In this document: one piece after another, positions 17,782 through 34,216 of the stretch
Layout: each line of letters starts with the position of its first letter
Position numbering within the stretch: the stretch's first letter is position 1
Assembly: GCA_964057225.1 (NCBI GenBank)
Contig: OZ059896.1
Location: 17,236,001-17,300,000, forward strand
Source of the DNA: Auanema rhodensis
Taxonomy: Eukaryota > Animalia > Nematoda
Direction of reading: 5' to 3'
DNA length: 64,000 nucleotides
Translations under genes and position numbers: made by a program
The notes under the pieces: generated by a model
The model's input: the letters and a program-made list of their open reading frames with translations, nothing else
The model's database searches: none
What the model was told of the DNA's origin: nothing

Positions 17782-19825
17782 AACATTTATTAGCAACAAC
17801 AACAACAAACAAAATAAAAAAATAAAGAGAAAATAATTTGATCTCTTATATCTATATTGATTAATTAAATATATATATATAATATATATTATACATAAAT
17901 CTTAAAATATTTTTTTAAAATTGTTATTTAAGTGAATAGCATTATAGATTATATGATATTACAGTAATTTGAATATGCTCACGTCGTGTGTTCTTACACG
18001 TGAAAACTGTGTGCAAAACGTGAGAATCATTTAGATATTTCACTTACGTATGATACGGTTGCATTCTGCTCATTGTTTTTGTGTATGAATATCTTCTATA
18101 TATTAGATATTATGGATGCAAATTTCATATAAATATATTATAAATATATTATTATAAAATAAAAATTGTTTATTATTGATATACATATTATACAATTTGT
18201 AAAATTCGTCTAACAATCTATCTACTTCATCAAGATATACACAATTAAAACACAATTATATAATAAGAGTTGAATATTGTCTATCTACTCCTATCACCGG
18301 GATTGCGAGCAGAAAAGAAGTGGATCTGATGACTGCTAACAAAACTTATTCAAGACTACAAGAACATTATAATGATTTAGTTAAAATAGCAGTAGCCGTA
18401 GATGAGATATGAGTCGAATTTTGATTGATTTGTCTAAGAGAGTGAGAGAAAAAGAGAAAAAAAAGAAAATCAGAAGAGAAATAAAACAATAATGAAAACA
18501 ACAAAAGTTATATGAAAGAGAAGATGAAAAAAACAAAAAAAAAACATCAAAGAATCTTAGAAATTCAAGAGAAAAAAATATAAAACAAACAGCTATTTTC
18601 ATATATGTATAGAAAATCTGTAGACGAACAAGATTTTTGAATGTGACAACGCGGCTTGTGAACATGATACTTGAGCTGCTGCGACAAGAATAGATAGTGA
18701 ACATAGTGAGTTGAAGCAAATGGTGTCAGTCCTGTCACATCAAATCCGCAAGTCGTCCATTTAAGGCATATGACAAAAGGTTATGTAACTGAGCCAAAAC
18801 TCGTAGAGAAACGTTGACGATAGAATGAATGAAAACAACGTAAAATTGATTGTTTTCACCTTTTCATAACGAAAATTTAGTTTAAATACAGGATAAAAAA
18901 AGCTGAATGGAAAGCGAAAAACTGAAGGAGTGAAATGTATTGATGAAGAGCTGTGAGAAGAGCTAGATAGAAGCTCGTGAAATACTTCCTAAAGCCATTC
19001 TCATGGGGATGAATGAACAGTATGATATACATCAATGCTCATTGAAAGAAGAAAAACTATTTTTTTTCAATAATTTGTGCATAGGAAGGATATAATGAGG
19101 GAAAGGGGGTAAGGATAGGGGTCAGAATAGGAGAAAGAGGAAGAGGGTGTGTGTTTGTCTTTGAAGTATTCTCATAGACATCATGTTAAACTACTGTAGT
19201 CATTCTAAGGCTATATTACGTCTACGTCATTATCACTAACAGAAAAGAAAAGCTGAAGAAAGACTATTGTCAGGCGAAGGGAGGGGGGAGGGGTGATTCT
19301 CAATACAAGGAATGCAAAAGAAAAGTAAATGAAAAGTGTTTTGTTGTTCTTTAATGATTTCAAATGAAAAGATGATTATAGTATAAGAAACTCGTAATCT
19401 ATCCATAATTAGGGCTTTTCATTGACTAGAAATGGGTTGAAGAAGTGGGCAGTACAGGGAGAATTACATACAAGTAGTATGTCATATAGTATATACAGCT
19501 GGCTAGATTTAGATTTGTTGTGAAAATGATAGTTCAAACGGTTATTGGACAAATTAAAAAAAGCTTATCACTTCGTTCTGCTTTTACGTGGTATGAGTGT
19601 TGAAGGACAGAAATCACAGCGTGTAGAAAAGAAACGAATTACTTTTATACAGATAAGAAGATGAAAGAAATTGAAAGAGAAAAAGGGTTTTTTGCGGCTT
19701 TGTGAGCTGACCGAGAGAAATGAAAAAGAGATTTCTCTATCTCATTTCAAGTGAACAGTTCTTTTTTTCTGTTTCAAAGAGTTTTACAGATATAAGAAGA
19801 AACTTTGATGAGAAAGAAAGACTTT

Positions 19826-22148
<2,323 letters not shown>

Positions 22149-22731
22149 TTCTGAAAAAATATTAATAAAATGACATTATAGACATATAAACCATGATAAT
22201 ACAAGAAACATAAGATATACGGAATGAAAGGTTACTAGAATTCCTCCAGAATGGTTTCGACTTTACAACGTCACCAGTGTATGCTAATGATAGAAGTTAC
22301 TATACGGTGAAGATGGTTTATCAGTTAGTTCACTTGATCATATAAGGTAATGTTCGATTAGAAGCTTCGTGATAAGACGAATCACAAAGAGAGAATATGA
22401 ATTGAATGAGAAGAGAAGAGCATAAAGAGGATAGAATGAAGAGAGGGAGAGAGGGGGAGAGAGAGAAGGGAACATGTAATAGGAAATTGAAATGATGGAA
22501 TATGAGGTAAAATAATCCTTATATATTAAACTAAAATAATCAAAAAATAAAACTTGAACGAAAAAAAAATTGAAAAAGGTTCTGAACTGTTTCAATTGCT
22601 GAACGAAAATCAAAATTTTAATTTCAAACTTCGCAAATTTTCAAATGGGAGGTGTAGGCAATTAAGAGTTGTACTTTTGAAAATGGAAAACAAAAATAAA
22701 AAATGCAGAAAGGAAAACTGAGTAGACAGTC

Positions 22732-22786
<55 letters not shown>

Positions 22787-23637
22787 GAGAGAATGAAAAA
22801 ATAAAATTGAAATGAATGTAAGGAAGAATAGGTTGTAATTAAGAGTGAGAAAAACCAAAAACTTGAAAATTTAGCACAATATTCATAAAAAAATTAAAAA
22901 AAAAAGTTGGGAAAAAGAGAAAAAGGTTTGTTGGAAGCATGGCATGAACAAATAAACTTAATTGTTTCAGTATTATTCATTATATATATATATAGTTTAC
23001 TATGTAAGTATATTCATATATAATAATATCAGATATAAAGTACAATAAAGAGGCTGTGCAATGAATTGAATGATTGAAGACAATTTTTCTTTTGGAAAAA
23101 AAGAAAATGATATGAAGTACGAAGAAGGAACAGGTAAATAATAAGAATGACTAGAAGAGAATGATCGAGGTACCGGGGTTGGAATGAATATTGTTTACTA
23201 TATGATATATACTTATTTATATAAATGTATATATAAGGTTATAAATTGTTCTTTTTTTGTATTGAACACGTGAGAAAAGCTGAGTACAAACTATGGACAA
23301 GAATATGAGATTATGAGAGAATTTGCACCTGAAAGAAAAGGTTAGAAAATAGTTTCAAAACCTAAGTTTATGTTTATATTGATTATGAATTCTTGTTTGA
23401 AAAAAATGGGAATAGAAGAGAATAGTTAATATATTGAATTAGTTTCATAATTACATCTGATTTACATTTGATAGAACATCACTAAGGATTGAAGATATTT
23501 CTGTTTTTTAACAGCTGTGATGGAATCAGAGATTTTATATGAAAAGAGGGATTTGAAATTCAACAGAAGAATATAGAAATCTATGAGAGATAAGAGAAAT
23601 TAGAGATTTAGAAGGATATAGAAAGAAAGAGAGAGAG

Positions 23638-23705
<68 letters not shown>

Positions 23706-24258
23706 ACAAAAGACGAATTGAGTACAGTAGGAGATTGAAACCTTAATTGAAAATTGACAAACGTTCCAGTATTAAGGTAGCTTAGACTCAAATAAGCTCA
23801 ATATCATCATATAATGTTAAACACAGTGATGTTCCTTTAGCTAATAACTATTTGAGTTTAACAATGCTTGAAAAGAAAAAAAGACCAAGAGGAAGAGAGC
23901 GAAGAGGGTGGCAAGTGCGGAGTTTCATGTCAGTTCGAGAAGAGATGCCTAGTGTCGGGATGCAAAAAGATAGAATGGGAAGAGCACCAAGTTTAAGGAT
24001 AACATATGACGTGAGCCATCTGAGACGAGGGTGGAATCCGAAGATTAACGAAAATGAACTAAAAATTTATGAAGTTGTAAGCACCTGTGAACTAGTACTA
24101 GTAGTAGCAGAGATCATAGATGGAAATTGCACAACAGATGCTATTACAAGGAGAGACGAGACACACGAGAAATGTATGAGAAATAGGCTGCAGTTAGCGT
24201 GCCAATGAGGAAGAATTTTTTATTTATTCTCAATTTGAAATTAGTTATATAAGTCGAC

Positions 24259-24309
<51 letters not shown>

Positions 24310-25382
24310 ATCCTTTAGATGCAGCAGCAGAATAAAGATAATCGCAGTTTCGACAACATAGCTTTGCTAGTTAATGATTTCAGATTACGTACATGTACTA
24401 ACAAAAATCAAAAGCATGGATAAAACTATTATTTATCAACTCTAAGAATAATTTAAGACGAAAAGATAACAAAACGATTAGATGACGATCAAAGATAGTT
24501 TTTTATTCATCTCTCTCTCTCCCTCTCTCTCTCTTTATTCTTCTACTATGATGTACGGATTTTCTCAAAAACCGTTATGAAGAGAGATTGAAAAAAAAAG
24601 AAGCAATAGATTTCATTTGAAATGCAGAACATAACAAATAAATAAGTTGACTTGTGAATATATTAAACTTGCTAACAAATTATTGTTTTTTCTATGTTTT
24701 CGGTGAAAAAACGTAAAGAATTTCATTTAAAATTTGCAAGCAGCAACCCGAAGTGCAGCTTCATGCTGAACGTTAATAAACTTTCAAAAAAACACACAAA
24801 AGAAGAAGAAAAATGATTGCAAATGTTAGTATAAAGAGAGAGAGAGAGAGAGAAACTAATGAAATGAAGAGTATGATGTAGTAGAAAGCTAGTAGTGAAA
24901 ACTAATTTTATTGGGTCGTCGTGATTCATATATTGTAAGATAAGGAATTTCAATAAACTCTTACTGATAAATCATTTTATATTCGAGAAATATATTCTTC
25001 TTTAGTTTCAAAAACGTTTCATTGAAAAATTATTTTTTTTTTCAAAATAAGGAATTCTTCATATAGGGGCAAGCTTAAGAGAAATTCGTAGTTCAAACTC
25101 ATTTCTTGGTACTCTGATCTTCTAACATGATGCTTTGTACACAAAGACCTAATTGTATTTGCATGTCTTTTTTCCGCAAAATGAAGATCATAGAAGTGAA
25201 TATGTTTCAAGAGAGAGAGAGAGAGTGAGATTGGAGAGGTGAAGAGAGGGATTGGAGAGGTGAAGAGAGGGAGAAACATGAAGATCAAAGAAGAAGAACT
25301 ATTGGATGTGGATAATTGATAAAACAAGAGTAATAACAAAAAGATGAAGCTAGAGAGGGAGGGAGAGTGAGAGTGAGAGAGA

Positions 25383-25438
<56 letters not shown>

Positions 25439-26195
25439 AGTGGGATAGAAAAAAGGAGCTGGAGCAGGAGCTGGAGCAGGAGAGGAAGAAAAATGATATT
25501 TCTCGAACATTTTTTTGTACAAAAACATATTTTGTAGAGATATTTAAAGGAAAGATTTTTTATTACTGAATTCGTAATAATCAAACGAGCTGTGATCCGT
25601 ATGATAGAAACTATTATCGAAAAAATGATAAGAAAAGTGATGAAAATTCAAGAAAAGAATATAAAAAAAAGAAAAAATGAAGAGAATAAAATAAAAATAA
25701 TGAAATATATTATTATAATAAAGAATATCAATATCAAAAGTAAGTAATCATTGTAGATGATGAGGAAGTGTACCGGAGATGATCAAGAACCTTATGGATA
25801 GTACGAGATTCACGTATCGAGTGCTTATGTTCACACTGATGTTACAACTTCAAGACTTTCAAAGTCTTTTACACAGCATTTTGTCTATAATTGGTAAATG
25901 TCTTTAGCATCATCATCAACATCTAGCTAAATTTGAAACATTTTTTCTTCAATTTTCTTGCAAAAATGCTAAAATGAAAAAGAAAAAAAGCTTAGCTATG
26001 GTTTGCAAATGTCATTATTTGTGCTCTCGGCAGAAAAAAAATGGCAAAATGTTTAAAAGAATTTACAGTCAAAAGAAGAAAAAGTTCGATGAAACTTGTA
26101 TGAAAACATCAGAATACTACATATGCAGCAGGTTTTTCCTTTTTGATTTGCCGATACAACCCTTTTCCATTTTCTTTCCTTTACACTATCTCTCT

Positions 26196-26266
<71 letters not shown>

Positions 26267-26908
26267 TCATTCCCGAGGACAATGAAATTTCAAGCCAATC
26301 CGAGAGTGCTTTCTCTAATTCTCTACCCAGTTATGCAAATGTATAAATGATCGAAGAGCGGGGCCGAGAAGTGTTTTTTTAATTTAATCGAGAGGCTTAG
26401 ACACGAAAAGAATGTAACTTAAAACGAATATTAAAGTGCTAAAGAGAGACGGAGAGAACATGAAATGTCATATCTCTCTAACAGCAAAGTAGTAAAACAG
26501 GAGAGTACAATGTAGAATATAAAAAGAAACAACAATGTAGCCAAAAGACGATATACGATGAAAGCTTTAAGTTGCTGAGTGGAATAACCGTGCTCGACAA
26601 GCTGAGAATAAGCTGATAGATATGTATGTGCTATAGCTTTTAGCTGTAATGATGGCAAGAAGCATGTTTCACGTGCATGTATAGGCTGCGATTTTGGATG
26701 ATCATGCTATATGCCTTCTCTAATAGTACTATTTGACAAGGAAATTGGAGAAAAAAAAGTTTTTGACCTCTATGTGCGGTTCCAAAATGATAAGCTCTCA
26801 CATAATCAGCATACTCTCTCACTTTCGCCTCTTGATAACATGACACTTTACTTTTATAACTAAAAAAGTATTCTTATCATGATTCGTATATATATATCTA
26901 TATCTATA

Positions 26909-26946
<38 letters not shown>

Positions 26947-27155
26947 GTATATGAATCATTAAATATATAAAAAGAAAAAAAAAAGATTATGAATTTTATA
27001 ATTCATAATAATTTAATTGAAATTATATAGTTTCAATACCACAAATATATAAAATTATTGAAATATATAAATCAAATTACATGTGTAAATATACAGAAAA
27101 ATTGAGATTTAGCAAGTACAAGAGTAAACGAATTAAACCGAAAAACAGAGATTGC

Positions 27156-27217
<62 letters not shown>

Positions 27218-29803
27218 AGTACATATGGAATAAGAGAATACTTGATACATGAACATCTCGGATTTTTCACAAATTTATAAGTTAGCCTATGAAATATCTA
27301 CTAAAATTATATAATATTACCTGGAAATTTAAAAAACTGAAAGAAAAATAATAAAGAAATTGAATTGAATGAGTATAAACTGAAGATAATGTATTAATTG
27401 AAATTGACAAAAGTATAAAGAATTTCGGCTTATTGCCATTACATATAATTCGAGAAACAAGACAATCAAATTCTAACTAATCGGATGATACACTGTGAAA
27501 TGCACGTGGCACACATGTTAAAACCGGAGTTAAAACATACTCATATAAGCCAGTTGCAACCTGAATTGAAATGAGAAGATGAGATGATAAAAGGGATGAA
27601 AGTTGGATCAAGTAGGATTTGATTTAGTTTCAATTGTAATACTATTCTTTATCCATATTTGAATCGAGATACTCGAGCAAGAAACATAAAAAGAGAGAGA
27701 TGATGAGAGAGATGATGAGAGAGAGAGAGAGAGAGATAGAGAGAGAGAAAGAGAGAGAGAATGAGAGAAGCTCAGAGTATATTGTGGAAAAACAATAAAA
27801 GATTCGCTGGCAACAAGTAGAAATTAGTTGTCATTATTATTATAAAAAATGTTTTTGTTGTTTAGTCAAATATTCCAAGAAAAATGACTGGAATCTCATG
27901 ATTTTTCATTACATGTAATATATAAAATTATTAAATAATTCTATAAAATAGTTTGAAAACTGAAAAGTTTGTTTTTCTTAAACAAATAAGAAATGAACTT
28001 CAAAAGCTGAAATATTATAAAATTTAAAATATAATTTGTTAAATAATAACTATAAAAAGATGAAATTTTTATAGTTTTAAGTTGTGCTTATAGTTCTTCT
28101 TGTCAAGGACAAAAACTAGCTAATCTAACATATTATATAATATATATGAATATAATTGAATAATAAACAATATTATATAAACTATATTAGCAGCAGATTT
28201 AACAATAATATGTGAGTGAGAGAGCATTTTAATTTAAAAAAAGGATTTAGAGAGTGTTCAGAATCGAGGCGGCGCCAAATTGCCCAAAAACATTTTTCGA
28301 GCCTATTACTGTCCTTGACCAAGACAACGAGAGTGATCCATGATAGGAAAGAATGACCTTCTCTCTTCTGGTCTGCTCTCTCTCTTACTTCCTCTCTCTC
28401 CCTCTCTCATCTACACTCGCTCTTTCTCTCTCTATATATATGATTCTTGTTGTTCAGAGCACCATTTCAAAGTTGAAAATAGACGAAACGGACGAAAAAA
28501 AAAGTTAAGAAATGAAATTGGCTTAGATCAATCAACAGCCAGACTGATCATTATGACTAAACTTTAGCGCGTGAACATGTAGTAATGATTGTGTTGATGT
28601 TTAAGGCAGAACGTATATCATCTCACACGACGACTGAAAATGATAAATTTTGTGGTCATTCGGAGTACAAGTTAAGGAAAAAAAATGTTCAATATGATCA
28701 ATCTCAATGCCACTTTACAAGCATTTTCAACATTAAATGTAGAAGAAGCTTTTGTTTGTTAAAGGTCATCAAGACTGATTATCATCGTTTTAATCAAGAC
28801 GACAAGCGTACGGGGGCAGGAAAGTGGCAACTTGAGAGAGAGAGAGAAAGGAAAATCGAGAGTTGGTGGGAAAGGAGAATAGGGTTGGTGGTTGTGATTG
28901 TGTGGAAGTTTAATAGAAATCATGGAAATCATTACGATCAAACATAGTTTAATGAATAACTTAATTAAAACTTCAAAAATATGTTTTGGTGGCAGTGAGA
29001 AAAAAAATGTCGTCGTCGCCATCGTTGTCGTCGTTTTTTGTTGTCAAATTTAAGCTAGTTTAACGAGAAGATAGTATACTTCAATTGTTACCAGTTTGAA
29101 CATATTATAGTTTATAATTTATAATAATCAAATTATATTTTTATACAGTAATGTTTTTATGAAAAATACAGTTTACAGACTGTGATATAGTGCTTATGTA
29201 ATATTATTATTATTATATAAATATATATATATTAGTTTAAATATGTATATTTCATATAATTATTATTTGAAATGCTAAACCGATTTGTGCGATTTGAAAT
29301 TTAAAAATGAAATTAATGGCCATTTACACGTAAATTTATGTTCATTACGTGGGACGATGTAAAATAATGAATATTGAATAAAATAAAAATATGTTAATCA
29401 TCAATTTAATAATTAGCATAAATATACTTTTTATATATTTGAAGTACTGACGTAAGTTAGTTAAGAAGGTAGCAAATAGTACTGAATGAGGATAACGAAG
29501 CATATATACACTAGAACAATGCTTTTTAACTAAAATACTTTGGTTTCCACTAAATGAAACATTCAAAATTTTAGTTGGAAGAAGGCAAAATAATTTTTTT
29601 TACGAAAATGAGTTATTTACTTCTTAAACACATCATAAAAAGCTTCATTTTATTTCATGTTGTACTTGGTTGTAAATGGGCAACCTGCTTGGCCAGAGAG
29701 TTGTTGTATATACACATACACATATATATTATAATATATATGTATATGTGAATAGAAAAAAAGAAGAAGAAGAAGAAGTTAAACCTCTATGTAAGACACG
29801 CAT

Positions 29804-29886
<83 letters not shown>

Positions 29887-30579
29887 CCTTTTTAACCTCT
29901 GTTTTTCTTATACTGTTTATGCATTGAAAATGATTGAGATGATATTATACGTTTTCAGATTTGTCCGTTTCAAAACGGTCTTTGTCTCGAACAAACGAAG
30001 ACGATAAAAAAATATGATGAGACGACCAAAGGCATCAGAAGAAAAGAAATCAACTTAAAGTAAAAAAGTGAGTGAGAGAAAGAGAGAAAGAGAGAGAGAG
30101 GAGGTAAAGAGTGTGAAGTACTATAAGACATATGTAAACTACAGAGAATTAGAAAGTTTTTCTTAATTATATAATAATAAATTTTCTATTATTCATCTAG
30201 AAAACTTACAAAAAGTTTATTAATAATTTGATTGAAAAGTTGGTTTCAATTACCAATTTCAAATATTATGAAGTAAAATAGAAAAGTGTAATGAAATAGT
30301 TGAAGAAAGTAAGCCATAAAAGGTTACAAATCGTTAAAAATAGTAATTGTTGTAATTCAAAAGTTATCATTAAATGAAGAATTTTTTCCAGATGAATATT
30401 ATATTATTATAAAGTTAAAAATTATAAATAATATGAGAGAAATGAAGAAAGAAAGAAAAATATGAAAAGGAAGTAGAAGAGGAAAGAAGAAGAGGAAATA
30501 ATAATTGAAACATACGAATTTCTTTCATAAAAATAAATGAAAACTTGTAGAAATACTTGAGTTAGATTAGAAACTCTAA

Positions 30580-30611
30580 TGACTGACTGACTGACTGACT
30601 GACTGACTGAC
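30580..30611 (+). repeat. (TGAC)8 tetranucleotide microsatellite
   Basis: Eight perfect TGAC units. Confidence 0.95.
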
Positions 30612-31522
30612 AATGCTGAAATAGAAGTTTGTTAAGATAATATTGAATATTAAATCAAAATGAAATCATTCAAAATACAATTATACAAAGAACATCAAAA
30701 CGAATAGAAAGACAAAGAAAAAGAAAAATCGTGATGATGTAAGAAGAAGAAGAAGAAGAAGACGACGACGAAGAACATTGATGATGAACATGTGAAGAAG
30801 AAGTTGTTAGAGGTTAATAGAATAACAAACTGATTCAAATATTCAACACCAAATAAGCTGTGAACGAAATGGCGAGTAAGGAAGGAACACATGCTTGAAC
30901 AGGTTGATTTGTCTGCTTCATCGTCGTCGTCGTCTCGTCTCTTTCTTCTTCTTCTTCATCATCATCACCATCATCGGTAACAACATAAAGCATCCTATTT
31001 GCTTCTCTTCTTTCAATATGGCTTTCCATCATGACAGTCTTTTGCCATGAATGGCAAAATGTTTAAGCACGTTTGGGGCGTTAGAAAGTCGAGACCGCCG
31101 AGAAGAAGCTTTGTAATCTTGTCGATTTTTCTCATTCAAAATGCGAAATGAATGATAGAGACGAGTATGTATAGAATGACATCAACAAGAGTCTGACACA
31201 TTAACAACTTTTATTCCTTTTTCTAGACAAAAATTCAGCAACATCATTAGAACTTTGAAACTTTGAACCTTTTTTTTCAATGTTTTCATATATATTGAGA
31301 TCAAATTCAATTAATCATATGTATTACAACAATGAAAATATAAATTAACATTTCAATTTATATTATATTAGTTTATTGAACTAAGATCACCAATGAATTG
31401 ACTCAAAAAATGAAACAAAAATTATTTTTACGGTTAATAAAAACAAAATTTGCGCACTCTCATTCTCGTTTTGATTTTCCAAAAATAGCTATCACACGAT
31501 ATGCCGAAAATGGTGAAAATTT

Positions 31523-31583
<61 letters not shown>

Positions 31584-32656
31584 TGGGACTAAGATGGGAT
31601 ACAGAGAGATGATACCACGAGAGAACTACTACAGTGCTATCAGTAGCATCAGCGTAAGTTACGACGAAACAGTTTGTGAAAACATTTGAACGTTGAATAG
31701 CAATTGCATAGTTGCTCTCAACTTGGTCAGCGTGAATGTCAATGTATTTTCTAGGTCATATGCAAGACTTTATTGATACTTGTTCCTGTTTTTCAACTAT
31801 AGCAGTTGAAAGTGATTTGCCGTAAAAAAAAATTTTAAAAAAAAGGGAAAAATATGAACAAACGCTTAAACTCTGAAGCGATCAGTGTCAACAAAAAGAA
31901 ACATTTAAAACTTATAAATACAAATTATAGAAGTGAAAGTTTTACGAATTTCATATATTTGATTGGAGCAGATCATAGGTCAAACGTTTCCGATATTAAA
32001 AAATTGGATTTTGATCTCTGAACGAACTAACTCATACATAAGACATTGTTCTAAGTTGATGAACAATTTCTCAAATTTTCTACTTTTTCATCCGGCAAAA
32101 CACTAAGAACATAGGCTGGTGATTTGTAAAAGTTAGAGGAATGGGTGATGAAAATGATTACAAAGGTGAACTGAACCAAGAGAAGGAGAGGAACAAGGAG
32201 GAGGAGAAGAAGGAGGAGGCAACGACGAAGGCACAGAAGCCGGTAATGGAATCAAGTAATGCTTTGAATGAGAAGCAACAGTTAAGACAGCAAAAAACAA
32301 CCTGTTGATAAGAGAAATTAATGAAAAAACAACAAAAACTAATAAAGAAAATAGACGGACACATCGTTCAGCCAGGCTTTGTAACCGTTCTCGAATCGTT
32401 TTGCCATTGAGAAAATGTTCATTTCGGTTTTTCGCGATGTCGACCTCCCTTTTGTCTTTTGAACAGAAAAAAAAACTATCGATGATTGACTGACAGGTAA
32501 GGCAACAAACTTTAAAAACTTGGACAGGTTTCTTTATTCTATAATAGAATTGAAATTAAAACAAATATATGTCTGTCTAAGTGTCTAGTGTCTTTACAAG
32601 TATAGAGAAGGTTGAAAACAATTATAAGAAATATGAATATTCTTGAATGATTCTGA

Positions 32657-32709
<53 letters not shown>

Positions 32710-34159
32710 AAGTAATATACATATATTTAAAGGAAGAGGGGATAGAAGATTTTATCTGTTTCATAAAATTCTTGTTATGTCTCGTTTTCACAGCTTTTGA
32801 TCTAATTTAAAGAACAAACTTTCTATAATTAATCCACATTACGGAAGTAACTATTCATTTTGAAACAATTTTAATTTGTTAGAAGATAAATGAATTTTGA
32901 AAGAATATTTGATGTTAGAAATCTATTCAAGTGACATGTATATTAACTGAAATTCAAAGTAAATAGATTTCTCTGAAACAGTGGATGAGATGAAGTTTGA
33001 AATGAAAATGAATCCACACCCATCTACCAGCATAGCTGATCAAACTTATTGGCGTCGCTTACCAAAAATACTCTTGATAATCGCACACAAAACGAAAATC
33101 AGATGCAGAAAAATGCTGATGATGGTTGATTACGTTGAGAAGAGAGAATGTCGACTAGCTATAACTGCTATAACAGCTATAACACGATTCGAGATGCTGT
33201 AGTAATGTAACACATGAATGTTAAAGCCATCAACTGCGGTTAAGAATAAAGCAAAAGGAGGTCGTTCCATAAATAAAAAAGAAGAAGAATCATATTATTA
33301 TTCTGTATAATCTATATGAATAGTAATCAAGCTAATGATTATATGAAATCAGAGAACTGATAGTTGCAAGATCAGACATAGTTTTGGATTGAGCGTGATG
33401 CAACGAGATGTAATCATGAATGTTGATGAGGCATCCGTGATGAGGCTGAGCACGATTCTGAGGTCTCTTCCAATATGGGAAAGATTCAATTGAAATCAAT
33501 GCACACAACAAATTCTGAAGTCAGAACAAAGATTTTTATTCAAAATTAGTTCATTTGCTGGCAGAGCTGAATAAACAGTACAAAATCGGATCACACACAC
33601 ACACACACACATACAGCGAGTCTCCAGTGCATAGAATTGAATTTTTTTTTCTTCTTGTCTCTGTATGGAATATAAAGAAGGATTTATCTATCTATATATT
33701 ATTGCATGAAAAATGAATGGACCACACAATAGATATAAACGGCAAATGATGAAAACTCCCCCTTCCAACAGAATCATGAGAATATGAATGAAATAACGAG
33801 ATTTAACAATGAGATATACTAATAGAGAGAACAACAGAAAATAAGAGAATAGAGAGAAAGATATTTAAATTAAAAATTTGTAGTTATAGAGTAATATCAT
33901 AAATACAATCATTTTGTATATTCTATCTATTCAGAAACAATTCAAAATACAAATTTTGACAGCGCATTTCACGTGCAATCAGATGAGTGAACAGGCAAAT
34001 GAGAAAAGAGTTTTGCTTAAGAAATTTCATCTATAGTATATATAGATTAAGATATAATTAATTATATTATATAGTAAATATTAAAATATATTCTTTACAT
34101 GTTCAGTTGTTTGGTCCATGTTTTCATATTTGGCTCATTCTCACATCCATTCACATATC

Positions 34160-34216
<57 letters not shown>

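Noticed and set aside
25230-25272. 21-bp tandem duplication ATTGGAGAGGTGAAGAGAGGG and nearby GGAGCAGGAGCT repeats
   Set aside because: Two-copy slippage products in purine-rich low-complexity DNA; no spacers, so not CRISPR-like.
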